A program made the position numbers and the translations under genes. A model generated the notes under the pieces. That model made no database searches and was not told where the DNA came from. It saw only the letters and a list, made by a program, of their open reading frames with translations. A stretch of DNA of 64,000 nucleotides. Source: Cystobasidiomycetes sp. EMM_F5 (lineage: Eukaryota). Shown here piece after piece: positions 13,338-26,931 of this stretch; within the stretch, counting starts at the first letter, position 1, and each line of letters opens with the position of its first letter. The stretch is from positions 124,001 to 188,000 of the forward strand of contig JBPGPT010000006.1 of assembly GCA_051047955.1 (NCBI GenBank), written 5' to 3'.

Positions 13338-15472
13338 TCATTTTCCGATACAAAAGCTACGAAACAGCTCATCCAGCACATCCTCTACATGCACTTGACC
13401 CGTGACTTTACCGAGAGCATTGCTCGCATACCGCAACTCCTCTGCAGCCTCGACTAGCTGCGTAGCCACGTCCATATCTGCTTTGCAAAGAATTTCACCG
13501 GCAATCAGCTGAGCAGCCTGCATATTGCATATTGCAAACATGCCTCCACACTGACCTAGGAATGTCGAAAGACACTGTAGACACTCTTCAAGGTGTACGC
13601 GGTGCCGCTCTCGTGTGACGAGTAGCGCTTCGCCATTGTCTCGATCCAGAGCAAATCTGTCAATGTACGTTTCAGTCAGGCCATCTCTTGCCAGACACAC
13701 CGCATCACCCACTCGTCCTGCAAACGCTGCTTTAGCATGTCCGCAACCGAATCTAGATGCATGTCGGTCTTGACGCTCGCTGAGATGTATCGAGTCGGCG
13801 GAGAAATGCCGGTCGCAAGAGTCTTTTCAGTAAGCCAGCGCAGCTCATCGCACAGTCGTCCGAGCAAATCCTCGTCTGCGCGTGATGTCCCAATAGCATC
13901 CACTTTGTTGAGGACAAACAGCGTCCTCTCGTCAACCAATGACCTAGTAAGGTCGTCAACTGCCCTTTCGCCAGCTCGAAGCCTAGCAAAGGCTTCCGAA
14001 AGCGAAATTATGCACAGCTTCACGTCCGCGCTCTCCACTCTGAGCAAAATCAAGCATCAGTTGACGAACCGATCTACCATCGAAACGAAAACTTACGCTC
14101 CGCGGGCCCTTTCAACGCCAATCTGCTCTACCTCGTCCTTTGCATTACGAAGTCCAGCTGTGTCTGCAACAATGACTGGATAGCCATGGTAATCCAGCGA
14201 CACCTCGACGATATCGCGAGTAGTTCCAGGATGAGCAGTGACAATAGAAGCTTCGCGTTGAACTAGATAAGCCGCTTTCGGTTAGCATTCTCATCGTAGA
14301 CACGTTTGCTTCTACTGTTTGCCCACCTAGCCAGTTCAAGAAACTACTTTTGCCAGCATTGGGCGCACCGAATATAGCGAGTCGTATACCGTTGCGCAGT
14401 ATTTCACCCCGCCTAGCACTAGCAAGGTGCTGTGTGATCGAGGCTTGAAGATGTAGAATGCGTTGGCGTGCTGTATTGGCGAGCAAAAGATATTCTCAGA
14501 CGGCACATCGACGAATCGCTTGGTTTGCACGCACCAGGCTCAATATCATCATTGCCGATGCCTTCGTCTTCGCCGAAGTCAATGACAGCTTCCAGAACAG
14601 ACATTGCTGAAATGATGTCTGCGCGCATACTCTCATACGCTCGCCGCATTTGCCCCTGTCAACGAGCTCTGCATGAGTTTGCGGCTAGAATACAAACTGA
14701 TTAAAACGCACGCTAGCTTGCTGCATTGCAACTCTGCGCTGCGTTTCAGTCTCCGCCTCGATGAGGTCTCTGAGACCTTCCACCTCCGTCAAGTCCATCC
14801 TCCCGCTGTCGAAAGCCAGTCGCGTGAACTCTCCAGGTTCTGCAGGGCGTATATCGATGCCATGAGACAGCTTCATGTCGCCTAATGAAGACAGGACGGC
14901 CTTGATGACTGCGGTGCTGCCGTGAAGCTGGAGTTCGAGCGTATCTTGTCCGGTAAGCGAAGTGGCAGCTGTCGAGAACGCCGTACGTCTGAGCTGCAAC
15001 GTTGTATGCACGTAAGTTTGATGCGCACCTGGGAAGTAAACAACGATGCCATCATCGAGTTTATCACCATCAATTGAAGCGATGATTTGCCTGTATAATG
15101 CCTTCCTGGCAGGCGGCGGCCAGGGTATATCTTGTAGTACAGCACTTTGCTGTGCGCCTTGCCGCGTCTTCTTCAAAGTTTGTCGGATCTTGGATGTCCA
15201 GACATCTTGCACGGCAGGACCACTGATGCGAATAATGGCTATAGCGCTCTTGCCAGGCGGAGTAGCGAGTGCATAAATCGTACTACGGTCATGGCTGGTC
15301 GACAGGCTTCTCCACAGCCATGGTTGGCTAATGTTTCCTCCACTGACAAGCCAGTTTGTATGTATTCGCTGGCTGACCTGTGTGCGGCTACGTCCGCATA
15401 ATATGTTCTCTACGATGCGTTGGTCAGATCACTTTCAAGTCCAACATATGTCGCAGCCTACTTGCACGCCAT
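13338..15472 (-). CDS. MSS1: Mitochondrial tRNA modification GTPase Mss1/MnmE (start uncertain)
   Basis: [61 protein letters not shown]-terminal FRSFCIGK. Confidence 0.95.
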
Positions 15473-15945
15473 GATCTTAGCATAAATTGGAGCGACGGCA
15501 AGGGCAAGCGTATGTAGCGATAATTTGCAGGTAACAATTGTGCTCTAGCATTGCAGCACTATCTCTTACATGCATGATAATCCTATTGGCTTGTGCAATA
15601 ACCCGGAACATTCTCCTTCCTATCAGGATTGGTGAACAGCAGACTGACGCATTTCGAAAGTTTACAGGACGCAATGGTTAAAGTGCTTCAGCACGGTGGG
15701 CGAGTATGAAATCTTGGGTATCGATCTTGACGTAAGGATAATGCCTTAACGGAAGATCGTAGTTCTGAGAGCGGTTGGCCGAAGCTGAAGCTGGGGAGTC
15801 CAGTCTATTGAGAGTGGTTCTTGAACAGAATCTTGGCATGACAAGTTCGCGAAAGCTGCTGTCATAGCTGACTGCGGACTTTGCATCTTGCTGCCATGTG
15901 GTGGATAAATGAAGGGGCATTATTGCCCAGTTTCGTAATCGTTCT

Positions 15946-16060
15946 TCAGATGATGTTTTCGTCTGCGACAAAGACCATCTTTCCATGTTTCAAACGCCGA
16001 ACCTTTGTACCCTCGGCACCGTTAGCCGATGTAGGGGTTCAGGATCGTGCTGTTAATGTG
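15946..16060 (-). pseudogene. Relic C-terminal tail of an additional F-box paralog
   Basis: Translates HINS...(1-nt frameshift)...KVRRLKHGKMVFVADENII*, matching the paralog 2 tail HINS...RVRRKKHGKMVFVVDEIPA*. Confidence 0.75.
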
Positions 16061-18466
16061 ACGGAAAGCCCTCGGAGCCGGAGTTGGCTGGAGCATCGTT
16101 CGGGACGAATGTCATCTTGTTGTGTTTCTTGCGGCGACGTTTGGCATCTGCATTGTCGTTGTTGTACGGCTCGTACCAAAATGAATTCACGTGTATCGCA
16201 GCGTCATACCAGTCGAAGCGTTCTCCGCACTGTCCGCAAAGGAAGTGTCCGCAGACGTCAGCAAGGAATGGAGACTTCGATACGATTGTAGGCGAGGGTT
16301 GACCAGCGGCCTCCATGGCGGTGCATAAGATAGAGAATTTGTCGCTGTACGTCTTGTTATTGGTTACAGACTCGAGGGTCAGAGACCTGGGTCTTGTCCC
16401 ATTGGATGTAGCGCAAACCTCGGGATCGAGACTGGTGTAGGTAGACTGTCGGCTGACCTCGCTGTAGCAACGCGAATCGTAAATGAGGCGCTTCGAACTT
16501 GCAATGAATGCCGAATGACCTACCAAAAACAGGAATGGTCCAATACTGTCGGATATTGAAGCGTTGCGCGACAGGATTTACAAGTGAAGATGGTGCTAAA
16601 GTTTGCAAATACTGAGTAGTCGGAGCCTCTGAACCTGGCTTTAGATCCATACATCTGTGAGCGAAGATTCAGCTTTGGTGTTCAAAGCAAATGACCAACA
16701 CTTACTGCCCGCAACAACTGAAGTTGCCCTGGCGCGTGATGTCAGAAAACTCAAGCTACCCCGTGTAGGCGGTGTGCAACTCACACGTCCGAACGAGATT
16801 ATCCATCTCCGTACAGATTTGCGGCCACTTTTCGGTCCAGACTGTCTTCGCGACGTCCGAAGCCGTTTTGTCCGTCACCTCATCCATGAAAACCATTACG
16901 CTTGGTAGCTGACAGATGTCCACCATCCTGTTCTCAAGTTTGCCAAACTTGGCTTCGAGATCTGCCTTGTTTTCACTGGCAAGGAGATGGTCCAGGACTC
17001 GCTTTCGCTTGCCGGCGTGAGCGTCGTAATCTTCGTCGAGAAGACGCTTCTCCTTGTAAGGATCTAGGCGGTGGCGGGCCTTCTCGAAGTGCTTGCGTAC
17101 TTTAGCAAAGGTCAAGTTACGGGACTAATGGAAGGCATGAGAGACATGACCTGTGACGCGGTTCAAAACGTACCTTGACCGCAATCTCGTCCCTAGCATT
17201 GCGTATGTCCGAGATAGAATAGCCGTTGTCGAGAGCGAGACGTTCGAAACTTTCACGTACAGTGTTGGATTAGAACGTAGTATATTCGACCAAAAGCCAG
17301 AAGGCTACTTGCCTCTTCCGATTAATCCGCTCAATGGCATGGATTTGAGCTCGTATAACGGCTTCATAGCCACCCTGCCACACCTTCATCTGCCACACAC
17401 AGTTCTCACGTGCCCGCTCGCGTGCGACTCTGTCATCGAACCAGGCATTTACAGTATTCGGGCTGCTTGTAGCGGAATACGCTATTCGAAAATATTCCTC
17501 CTTCAATCGCTCGCATGAGGACAGATCGATGCACCGAAGCGTCGAACGGCTGGGTCTGCGGCCGCCCTGTTCAGGTAGAATAGTCCAGAATCTGTTATCA
17601 ATGAGGTCCTGTTCTTCCTCCCACAGTCGTTGTATCTCTGAAAATGTGACGAGCCTAGCATAGGCATGTTACATATTTTGAGCTTTAGAAGTAGTGCCAG
17701 CCAGACTCACCTCGGATCATCACAATAGATGCAGTATACAAGGGAGAAATGGGGGTAGTAGCTACTGTCGACAGGCTCGTGGCATGAGAAGCACTGGCTC
17801 TTGAGCCAATCAGTTCCGCGCAGTGAACACTGTGGAAATACGGCTTCCGCCATTTGCTGGGCAGTCGTGTCAGCGTAAAACGTACTGTATCGCCCAGGTG
17901 CCTTAGATCACACACCAGTTCACTCCAGAAAGGTGCTGGATCGGGCAATGATCGATCTAAACCATGGTCTTCATCATTATCGTTATCATCAACTACCGCA
18001 ATATTAGCTGTCGACCTGTCGTCCTGGAGAACAACGGCTCCGGTGTTTCTGGAAGGAGACGGACGTTTGCCTAGACGGATCTTGCCGCCGTGATCTATCC
18101 AATACGACAGCGCCTCCCTCGCAGTCTGCCAAACTGGTTGAGACCGTTTCGACGTTAGATAAGCGCGAATAGTGCGATTAGTGCGAGCGACTGGCGAAGG
18201 ACGCGGAGATTAGTCTGTAGTCGCTCTGCCAGCTGTCGTCACTTACGGTGCAGTAAGGACTTGTAGTGGCACCGCGAGAAGATGTCGACCAGGATATCCA
18301 TTGGGAGTCTCGAAAAGCGGTCTCCGTCACCTATCACAGCTTTTGTATCGTGTGACTTGTCGACTTGCTGGCCTTGTCGCGATTTCCTGGTATTTGTTTT
18401 GGCAGTCTCGATGACGCGCTCTTTTTTGGCTGGCAGACTTCCAGTTGCAGTGCGAGTGGTCACCAT
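16053..18466 (-). CDS. F-box domain protein, paralog 1 (multi-exon)
   Basis: MVTTRTATGSLPAK start; FSRLPMDILVDIFSRCHYKSLLH|LARTNRTIRAYL...VWQTAR F-box motif; C-terminal FLCGQC...H. Confidence 0.8.
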
Positions 18467-19783
18467 GATGGAAAATCGGTCAGAGGGGACGGTATGGAAT
18501 GTAATGAGCTGATTATGTCGACGTTGGGTGGGTGTTTTGTATAGATGGATTGTAATCTCTTCTTAGAGTCCCAGCTGAACTTTGAGGATTGTCAACGAGC
18601 AGGACAGCCGTAGACACACAGCTGACTGGCGTATTGTCCAGCAGCACTCAGCCTGGCGGATTCATTGCGCTGACCGACTGAACATCAGTTGTTCGTGTCG
18701 AGCTGTCCCCAGCGGCCCGGCCGATGGGCAACCGTAGTGGACGCACGGGCCGCCTGATGCCGTCAGGGCACGCCAGGGGGCTGCAAGGCAAAGGAACGAT
18801 TGCATGGATCATGACAGCACATGCATGGCGTGCGTAGATGGCTAGTAGCCAGCAAAGCTAGACATGATTCAAACGATTACAGCACAATTTGCGGAGAAAG
18901 CAATTCATCAAATCTTCCAATCTCGAGCATGCCTCCTTGCCGTATGCAGGGAAGTCAGCCATACTCCTTCTACCCTGATCTACCGATATGAAACGGTGTC
19001 TTAAGCTGGGTTAGCCAAGAATCCGGACAATCGTCCGTAAGGTGATTCGCCCGCATCTTCCAAGACGAGTCTTTAGTAAAATACATGCGAAACTCATCTC
19101 GTCATGCGCTTCGACATTCGCAAGCTGATCTGGACGAATCCATCGTAACGTTTCTCTTGCGGTTTTTGTTTGACGTGATTGCGCTAGGCCGCCAATGGTC
19201 TCTGATGAGGCTGGCGACACAAAGGTACGCGAAAGACAAGTCATGTACCTCATCTTCGCGATCTTCACAACTGAATCTGCCTTTGTTGGCGGAAGTCGTG
19301 GTAGATTCGCCGTCGGTTGGAACAGGAAAACAAGCGGCCTCTAGGATATCGTAAGGATGCGGAATCGGCCAAATGTCTCCTTTGCTTCACACATAAGCAT
19401 TGAAGTCCAGTCTAGCAAGCCTGTTGCCGAGCCATAAAGCGCTGAGAACGTATTACAGAATCCAACGCATTTGCGCCATGACTGTAATTATGACGGATAT
19501 CGAGAACGCGTCCAGGTCGTATAAAATGTCGAGTCAGCATCTGTTTCAGCAAATAGTGCAGCATTTGTACTTACAACTGTCCTGCATACTGCGATGTCAG
19601 CTTCATTACAAATACCGCGCTCTGTAAAGCTTATGACAGCTCACGGTGTTTGCATGCGATCAAAGCGTGAAGATGATGCGCCGGGTTTTCCGGTTGCTCG
19701 AGTGGCCCCCGGTTCTATAAGCGGTTCTTGCGTCGTCGCGGTGCAGTATTGCATTCGATATAATGCTATGTGCGAATATGTGT

Positions 19784-20803
19784 TCAATCCGCAGATAGCA
19801 ACGGCCAACTGCCACCTTTCACACTTTCTGCTATCTTCCTCCTGGCTTCCGAGCTCATCCCGCCAGTCCCGAAACCCCTCGTCTCTTCCATGAAAGCAAC
19901 CTCTTCTGGTGTATCTTCACGGCCCAAAGCACCGTTACGAAAGGGGTATCTCCCGAATCTGGACAGTATCGGTCCATGAGATCTAGTGACCTGACACTGA
20001 AATAGAATCAAAGCTGCATGCCTGCATGCATCCTCTTTGTCTTTACACGATTCCGGTATGCGAGAGGCCGTGAATGAATGGTCTGCGTACCATAACGGAG
20101 GTTTTGGCCCCCGCATTAGCTTCGAAAATGCAGTCGCGCCTTCCCATTTGGTACCCTCGTACTGCTCGATTGCCTGGGCATCCTGGCTGTGCCGAGACGG
20201 GTCTTCGCAACCATAGCGCTCCTCAACGGCGGTTTTGCGTCTTTCGGCATCGTCCTGGGCAATTCGCATAGACACCTTGTCCTCCGCGTGAACGAAAGGA
20301 ATCATTGCGAGCTTGCTCCGACGGACGGCGTCCTCCCATGTCATTGACGGATGGTCTCGCATCCACCGCTCAACATTGCTTAGCTTGAGATGTGCGGGCA
20401 GCTCTTCGTGTTCTTGTGCGATTCGCAGCGCAAGAACATCAAAGAAGCCGTTTGTCCAGTATGTGTCAGTACCGCTCAACAGCCAGCGGGGCGCCTGGTC
20501 CAGTAAGCAGATCAAGCCCAGTGCTAAGACAGGAAAGTCGGAGTCCTCAAGCGAGCAAGGGAGTACCGTCAGAAAGGATTTAGGCATGTCTGACATGGGA
20601 ATGCGGGAGATTGGTATGAGCGCCGGCTTGAGCACAAGTTCGCGCAGTCTAGCTTCCGTATGGGCGGTAGAAACACCATAGCAGCTGTCCCAGAGCTCCG
20701 TACCGCTGAGACCGGGTTCTGGCAGAAGGAGGTCATACACGGCTCGCAAGAGGTGCGGTGTCAGTATCTGCCGCAAGCTCTCAATCACTTCGACTTCGGT
20801 CAT
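19784..20803 (-). CDS. DUF924-like protein, intronless
   Basis: LALGLICLLDQAPR, MIPFVHAED and RFGRYPFRNGALGREDTPEEVAFM resemble DUF924 motifs. Start placed at MTEVEV (20803). Confidence 0.75.
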   Translation of the reverse strand: MTEVEVIESLRQILTPHLLRAVYDLLLPEPGLSGTELWDSCYGVSTAHTEARLRELVLKPALIPISRIPMSDMPKSFLTVLPCSLEDSDFPVLALGLICLLDQAPRWLLSGTDTYWTNGFFDVLALRIAQEHEELPAHLKLSNVERWMRDHPSMTWEDAVRRSKLAMIPFVHAEDKVSMRIAQDDAERRKTAVEERYGCEDPSRHSQDAQAIEQYEGTKWEGATAFSKLMRGPKPPLWYADHSFTASRIPESCKDKEDACRHAALILFQCQVTRSHGPILSRFGRYPFRNGALGREDTPEEVAFMEETRGFGTGGMSSEARRKIAESVKGGSWPLLSAD

Positions 20804-21017
20804 GTTGCCGTGAGGCAATGCATCGACTTTGGCACATGTAGCGCGTACAACGTGGTTACAGTAGTATCTACGAGAAAGGGCTAAAGTGTTTGCAACGCAA
20901 ACCATGCGGAGTTGCCCATGGTATACCAGTCTTTTAGATTTTGCCGGCACCTGCCCCGCATCTTTCTGACGCACCATCTTATTCAGACTACGCCGCACGC
21001 AACACCATCCGTCATGC

Positions 21018-23401
21018 TCAAGCTGGGATCTCGTCAACAACAAAGACCATCTTGCCGTGCTTCTTGCGGCGGACCCTTGCATCGTCGTCATCGGCGGAAG
21101 GTACCGCGATGAAACTGTTGATATGCTCATACGCGCCAGTCCAGTCATACATGTCGTCGTTGGTTGGACAAAGGCTGCATCTGAATCTGCCGCCGAGATC
21201 GGATCTTGAACAACTGATTTCGTTGACTGGTGCAGGCCGCCCAGCCAATTCGAGGGCTTTGCAGAGGCGCCGTATCTTCTCGCTGCCGGCTTTGTTGAAC
21301 TGTAGCTTCTCAAAATTGAGTGGACCAGGCCTCTTCGAGGCTGACCAGCCAGCCATGCTAGCCGGATCTAAGTTGCTATACTTTTTGGTCCTCTCTGTTG
21401 TACTGGACGCATGCACGTCGCGTCAGCACAAGAACCTAGAGGTTGTGTTCCCAACTGTTGAACTTACCTGAAACATCCGTGTCTGAGTAGCGAAGGATAG
21501 CGTAGGCTGTTACTTGCTACTCCAACATAGCAACGTGTACACTGGAAGACACAGCTGATGTGGGAAAGATGAGCGAAGTCCGCTCCCATTCCTTCGCCGT
21601 CTTGGCCTGGCATCTTGAAAGAAATCTCAGCCAACTACGCACAACCATTGTCTCTGTCAACTTACGAGTTTCGCAATCGATGTTTGCCCTGTTGCGTAGT
21701 CAATGACTGTTCGAGAATAGTACGCTACCGGATGAAGCACTCACAACCTGTAACAAGAAGCTCAAGCTCCGTTGCAATCTGGGGCCACGCTTCATTCCAT
21801 AAATGTTGAACCTTGGTAAAAATTGGTTCCTCCTTACGTGCCCGAAGGAAAGCTGCAACATTTGGTACTTGGCCAATATCCGCGATCAGGTCATCAAATC
21901 CTACAAGCCGCTTGACCACAGCCGCAAGGTTCGGAAATTGACTGGAGTCAGGCTCGGCATCGGACGTTACAGACGCGCGAATGAGGTCTTGTAGCTCATC
22001 CTCGTGGTCCGTTATTGCGTCGTACACTTCGTCGCTGATGCGACCCACTTTGAACTTTTCGAGATTAACACGATGTTCTTCAAAGAACTGGCGAATTTCC
22101 TCTTTCGTCATAGGACCTTCCTGCAGGACAATGAACAACCTTCAAGTAGATGTGGTGCTTGTGCAGCAGCATGTACTCACCGAAATGATCACGTACTCCA
22201 GGGTGTTGCGAATGTCGGAAACAGTATACTCTTCCGCAAGTGCAAGATCGATGAAACTTGTAAAAACTTGAGCCAGCCGCATCGTAATCATGAAGACGTT
22301 GACTAACCCGTTACGATTTGCAGACCTAGTCGCTTGCCTTTCTGCACTCCTGATCTCTCGTTGACCGTTTCGCCATGAACTTAGCGTATCCATTCGCTGT
22401 TGACGCACGCTCTCAAACAAGCGCTTTTCCATAAGCCAGGCTCTGAGGTGGGCCGGATTGCCAGATGCCATAGATTCGACTGCATAATACTCCTCTTTCA
22501 ACGCCTCGCAGTCAACAAGACTAAGAAACTCGCGTGAAGTACGACGCGGCTCGCGTCCACCACTTCCTGGAAGTATCGTCCATAGTCGGCTATCGATAAG
22601 ATCGTCTTCGCACGCCCATGTTTTGCGCAGAGTTATGTAGGAGATGTACCTTGCGGATCGTAATCAGTGTAGCACAGAAATGAACCTGAGAATTCGACAT
22701 TACTGACTTTTGGCTTTCGCACGGTCTGCAAAGATTGTATATAAAATTTGGCTGGTGATGGACGGAGAGGAGACAACCACAACCCTCGCAATTGCCGTGA
22801 AGCCAGCTTTCGACTCCATCTCTCGAATCGCAGAAAGCTGCTTCGGCCAGTTGCTTTACGTACGGTCAGTGAAACCTGTTGCACTTCACTGGACAGAGCA
22901 CAGACTTACCATCTCAGACCAGTAGGGGCCAGGCTCTGGCAGCTCGAGCTTTCTAGGGTGTCTGCGATCTTCGTGTGCTTGTTGTGCTTCCTCTTCTGTG
23001 AAAAGCGCTGCAAATTTCCCGTTGAGGTAAACACTCCAGAAAGTTTGACCTTGTCTGGCCATGTGCCATACAGCCTGAGATGTTTCGATGAAAGATAGGC
23101 CCGAATAGTACGATTGGTACGTGCGACTGTAAGCGTTTAGGATTGCAAGATTAGACGCTACACTATGAATGAAATTGAGGCTTGATGACGTACGGTGGAG
23201 AAGTGATTTGGGATGACAGTGACTGAAGATGTCGACGAGAACCTCCAGGGGCAGTCTGGATATCTTGTCATCCTCTCCAACGACAGCCTTGGAGTCATAC
23301 GGGATGCTTGCCTGCTGAGATTTACCGCTTGTTTTGGCAGTGAGAACGCGGCGCTCCGGCCTGGCTGGCAAGCTGCCAGTGGCTGCTCGAGTGGTTACCA
23401 T
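21018..23401 (-). pseudogene. F-box domain protein, paralog 2 (apparent 1-nt frameshift)
   Basis: MVTTRAATGSLPAR start; ISRLPLEVLVDIFSHCHPKSLLH. After intron 23127-23193 it reads TCG AAA CA TCT CAG versus TCG AAA CGG TCT CAA in paralog 1. Confidence 0.65.
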
Positions 23402-23987
23402 TGTGAGGATTCAGTCAGGAAAAGCTGGAAGTATGGATGGTAGTAATGTGAGTGGGATCAGGATATTGCAACTCAGAATGTCGCGAACGCCAGCCAGCTC
23501 CGAGTCGTGCTGTCGGGCTGACGCGAACGCGCACTGTCAGATGACGCGCCGTCACCAATAATGCATGGCAGCGTGCAAAGGATTTCAATCCTTCAAAACA
23601 GTGGTCATTGGTCTAAACAATGGCCGAGCACGGCCCCAGGAGGTCGTGGCTCTCAGACACATTTCGCCACTTTAACTTGGAGCAGAGGAAGTAGAGACAT
23701 ACATGCGCGAAAGCATTGCAAAAGCATTTTATTGGCACAGCATGGTACATTTGAAACCACGTTAACAAAAAGGCTCGCAATTATTTTCCTTTACTAAACT
23801 TGTAGGAACGAAAAACTGCCCAAATCACAGAATTCGTCTGCACGGAGTCCCCTCGATTTGAGCAGCGGTGAGCACCTGCACAGCGTGATATGCTCGCTGA
23901 AATCACTTGCGACTGAACGATTGAGTGTTACAGGAGGTTGGTTTGTCAGACTGCAGAAATCGAGAGCAAAGGTGCGAGAAGCGATAA

Positions 23988-26371
23988 TTAAGATGTTTCT
24001 GGACTTGGCTTGTTTTCATCCGCGATAAAGTCAACTTGGTCATGTTCCGTCCAAATGTGTGCGAGAGCGGTATTCCAAGTGAAGAGATCACGACCTGGCG
24101 GGCACTGTTGACAGCTGAATACACCGCCCAACGCACTTCGACTCAACCGCATATCGGTAGTCGGTGGAGGTTGTCCAGCGTCCTCCATAGCCTTGCACAG
24201 TCGCATGATTCTGTCGCTCTGGCTCTTGTTGTATAGCACTTGAAGATTCACCCTCCAAAGTCTGTCCTGACCAGCGGGCGTAGCAACATTGATCGGCTGG
24301 GCTGTGCCAGAGGCCATCTTCCTCTTCATACTACAAAAGGAGGCATGCGCTTCCTGTCACTATATATTCGCCACGATATGATGCGACTTACCAGAAGCAG
24401 CGGTGATCGAGCAGTGTCGGATATCTCAAGGTCGTCTTATTGCATTGCGCGCACGCAAAAACCGTACTGAAGTGGGTTAATGCGGCGTAGTCGCTCTGTG
24501 ATTTCGTGCTCCGAGCCATGCATCTGCTTAGCGTATCAGGCAAGCGTCCTCCATTGTCTATGAATTGACTCACTGCTCGAATCAGTTCCTTTTGCCCTAT
24601 TTCGAGCCACATTGCATCAGCAGCAGCTCCGAACCTCATGCCTATTGCTCTCACATCTTTGATTAAGCAAGCGTATTTCCTCGGCTATGTCAGGCCAGCT
24701 GTGCGCCCATATCTCTTCCACCTCGTCCAGATCATCAGTCTCGGTCTTTGCAGCCAAGAAGGCCTCGACAGAGGGCAGGAGACAGATATCTACCATGCGA
24801 TTAGCCAGATGACCAATCATAGTCGTAATTGAATCGAATGAAGGCGTTCCCGAAGCAGAACTGGCTATGATTCGTTCTTGGATACGGGTGCGTCGATATG
24901 ACTCCTGAAAGTAAAGTTCATCGGCCTCGCGATGTTGCTTGTACTCGTCAAGCATATCTTGATACTCTTCGTAAAGGTCTTGCGCGGTCGTCTCGCCAAA
25001 CGGAACACTCTGCCGTGCCGCTGCTTAGTCCAAGCTCTCTGCTTTAAATTGTCTGGATCAGTTCTTGAACTCACTGGAATTTTGATATAACGAAGAACAT
25101 TATCAACATCCTCTGCCGCGTAGCCCCGTTCGATGATACTTTCGATGATGCTGTCAATCAGCGTAACAGTAAGCTTCGCTGCGATCTGAAGCAAAAGGCA
25201 CAGGGAAACAAACGTCTGCCTGTTGGCTTGGCGGGCGCCCTCAGCCATGATGGTAAAGACTTTTTCATACGTCTCGGTCCAGAGTGCAAGCACATCAAAT
25301 TTTGCGTTTCGCTCAATCTCCACTTGCGTTTTTTCACTGAACCATTCATCGATCTCGCTTGCGTCACCGTGAACTCTCGCTTCAAAATGAAAAAGCTCGT
25401 CCCTGAGCTCTTCGCACTGTGGCAATTGAATCCGTGCCGTTTGTCCGTGACCGCCCGGTAAGCAGCCTCCAGGGAGGATGTTCCAGAATCTTTCGTCGAT
25501 AGGTTCGCCATCACCTGCCCACAAAGCCCGAACCTTCGTAGCGGTTTAAAGTCCCCTAACGCATCCCTTGTAAGATATTCGCACATATCGTTGCATACAT
25601 CGTAACGTACTGAGCTTTGCAACTTCTGCATAATATGAGACTGATCGTCACTTCGTGATGGTATGGTAGCCATGCTCCGCACCATTGGCAAGCACCTCTG
25701 AGCCAAGCATTGTCAGGGCCTTTGGACCAGCTCAAGAAGGCGACCTCGGCCAATTGCGGCAACGTTTGAAGAGTGAGAGGATGTACAGAGACATGACATG
25801 ATGCGCCATACCAGCTCAGACCAGAATGGCGACGGATCAAGGAGAGTAAGAGGTGCTTTGGAATTCCATTCTTGGGTAAATATTTCATAACCACTTTCAT
25901 AATCATCGTGTTCACCGACGTCGGTGTCATCATCGTCAACGAATGAGTCATACAGGGTGCGTATCACATTCAGTGGCTTTGGACTGTCGCCAAAGCCGGC
26001 CCAGTACTCCATCCCCATTCGCGCTGCTTGCCACACCGGTTTGCTCTTCTTCGACGCCAGGTATGCTCTGATTGTGCGGTTAGTACGAGCGACTGCATGT
26101 AGCATGTTCAGATACGTGATTTGTTCCTGCGTGCGGGACAGCCGAACTCACGATGGAGTAGGGACTTTGGATGACATCGACTGAATATCTCGACCAGTAT
26201 TTCCAGAGGCAGGGTAGAAAACTTGTCGTCTTCACCGACGTTTGCTTTTGGATCGTGAGACTTGTCAATCTGCTTGACACGTCGCGCTTTCTTGGTCTTT
26301 GTTTTTGCGGTTTCGATGACGCGCACGGGCTTCGCTGGCAGACTGCCAGTCGCAGCACGGGTTGTCACCAT
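23988..26371 (-). CDS. F-box domain protein, paralog 3 (multi-exon)
   Basis: MVTTRAATGSLPAK start; FSTLPLEILVEIFSRCHPKSLLH|...ARTNRTIRAYL...VWQAAR; CQWC...CRSC, FACAQC and FSCQQC Cys motifs. Confidence 0.8.
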
Positions 26372-26931
26372 GGCAGAGTACGTATATGGTATCAATCCAT
26401 TGAAAACGCGTAAAGACGAGCCAGCTGCAGACCAAGGCTGCGTGCAGGGAAGGTCAGCAGGCTGCGGTTGCTAACGACTCTGCTCGAGCGATTAATATCC
26501 TCGGCAGCCCGTTAGCGACACCATAGAATGAGTCTACTGTATCGTGTCTGTTGGTGCGCAGCCAGCCCATGTCTAGGACTGCGGTGCGCAGTGCAGCTCC
26601 TGAGACATAATTTGCCACAAGCACAAAGGTCCAAGCGCTACAATTATTTCCCTAAAACGAAACAATCACAATCTACGATACATAGTAGACTTCCAATCTG
26701 CCTCGCTCACCGATGCGTGAGCAAAACGCCAAAAACCGTTCCTCCTAATTGTTGATTAGCCTCACCGCATCATCATCGCCATTGTTTATGCTGCTTATTG
26801 CTGTTTCATCCCTTGCCCACCACTCAGAATCCTACTATCCCCCGTAATCCATTGCACTTTCCAATCACGGCAGCCTTTCTTCCGCAGCAGCAGAGTCTCA
26901 CCTAAAAGTCAACGCCTCATCATCGCACCTG

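Noticed and set aside
20804..21313. N-terminal extension of the 509-aa ORF (19784-21313)
   Set aside because: Overlaps the last exon of F-box paralog 2 in another frame; DUF924-like similarity begins only after about 20803.
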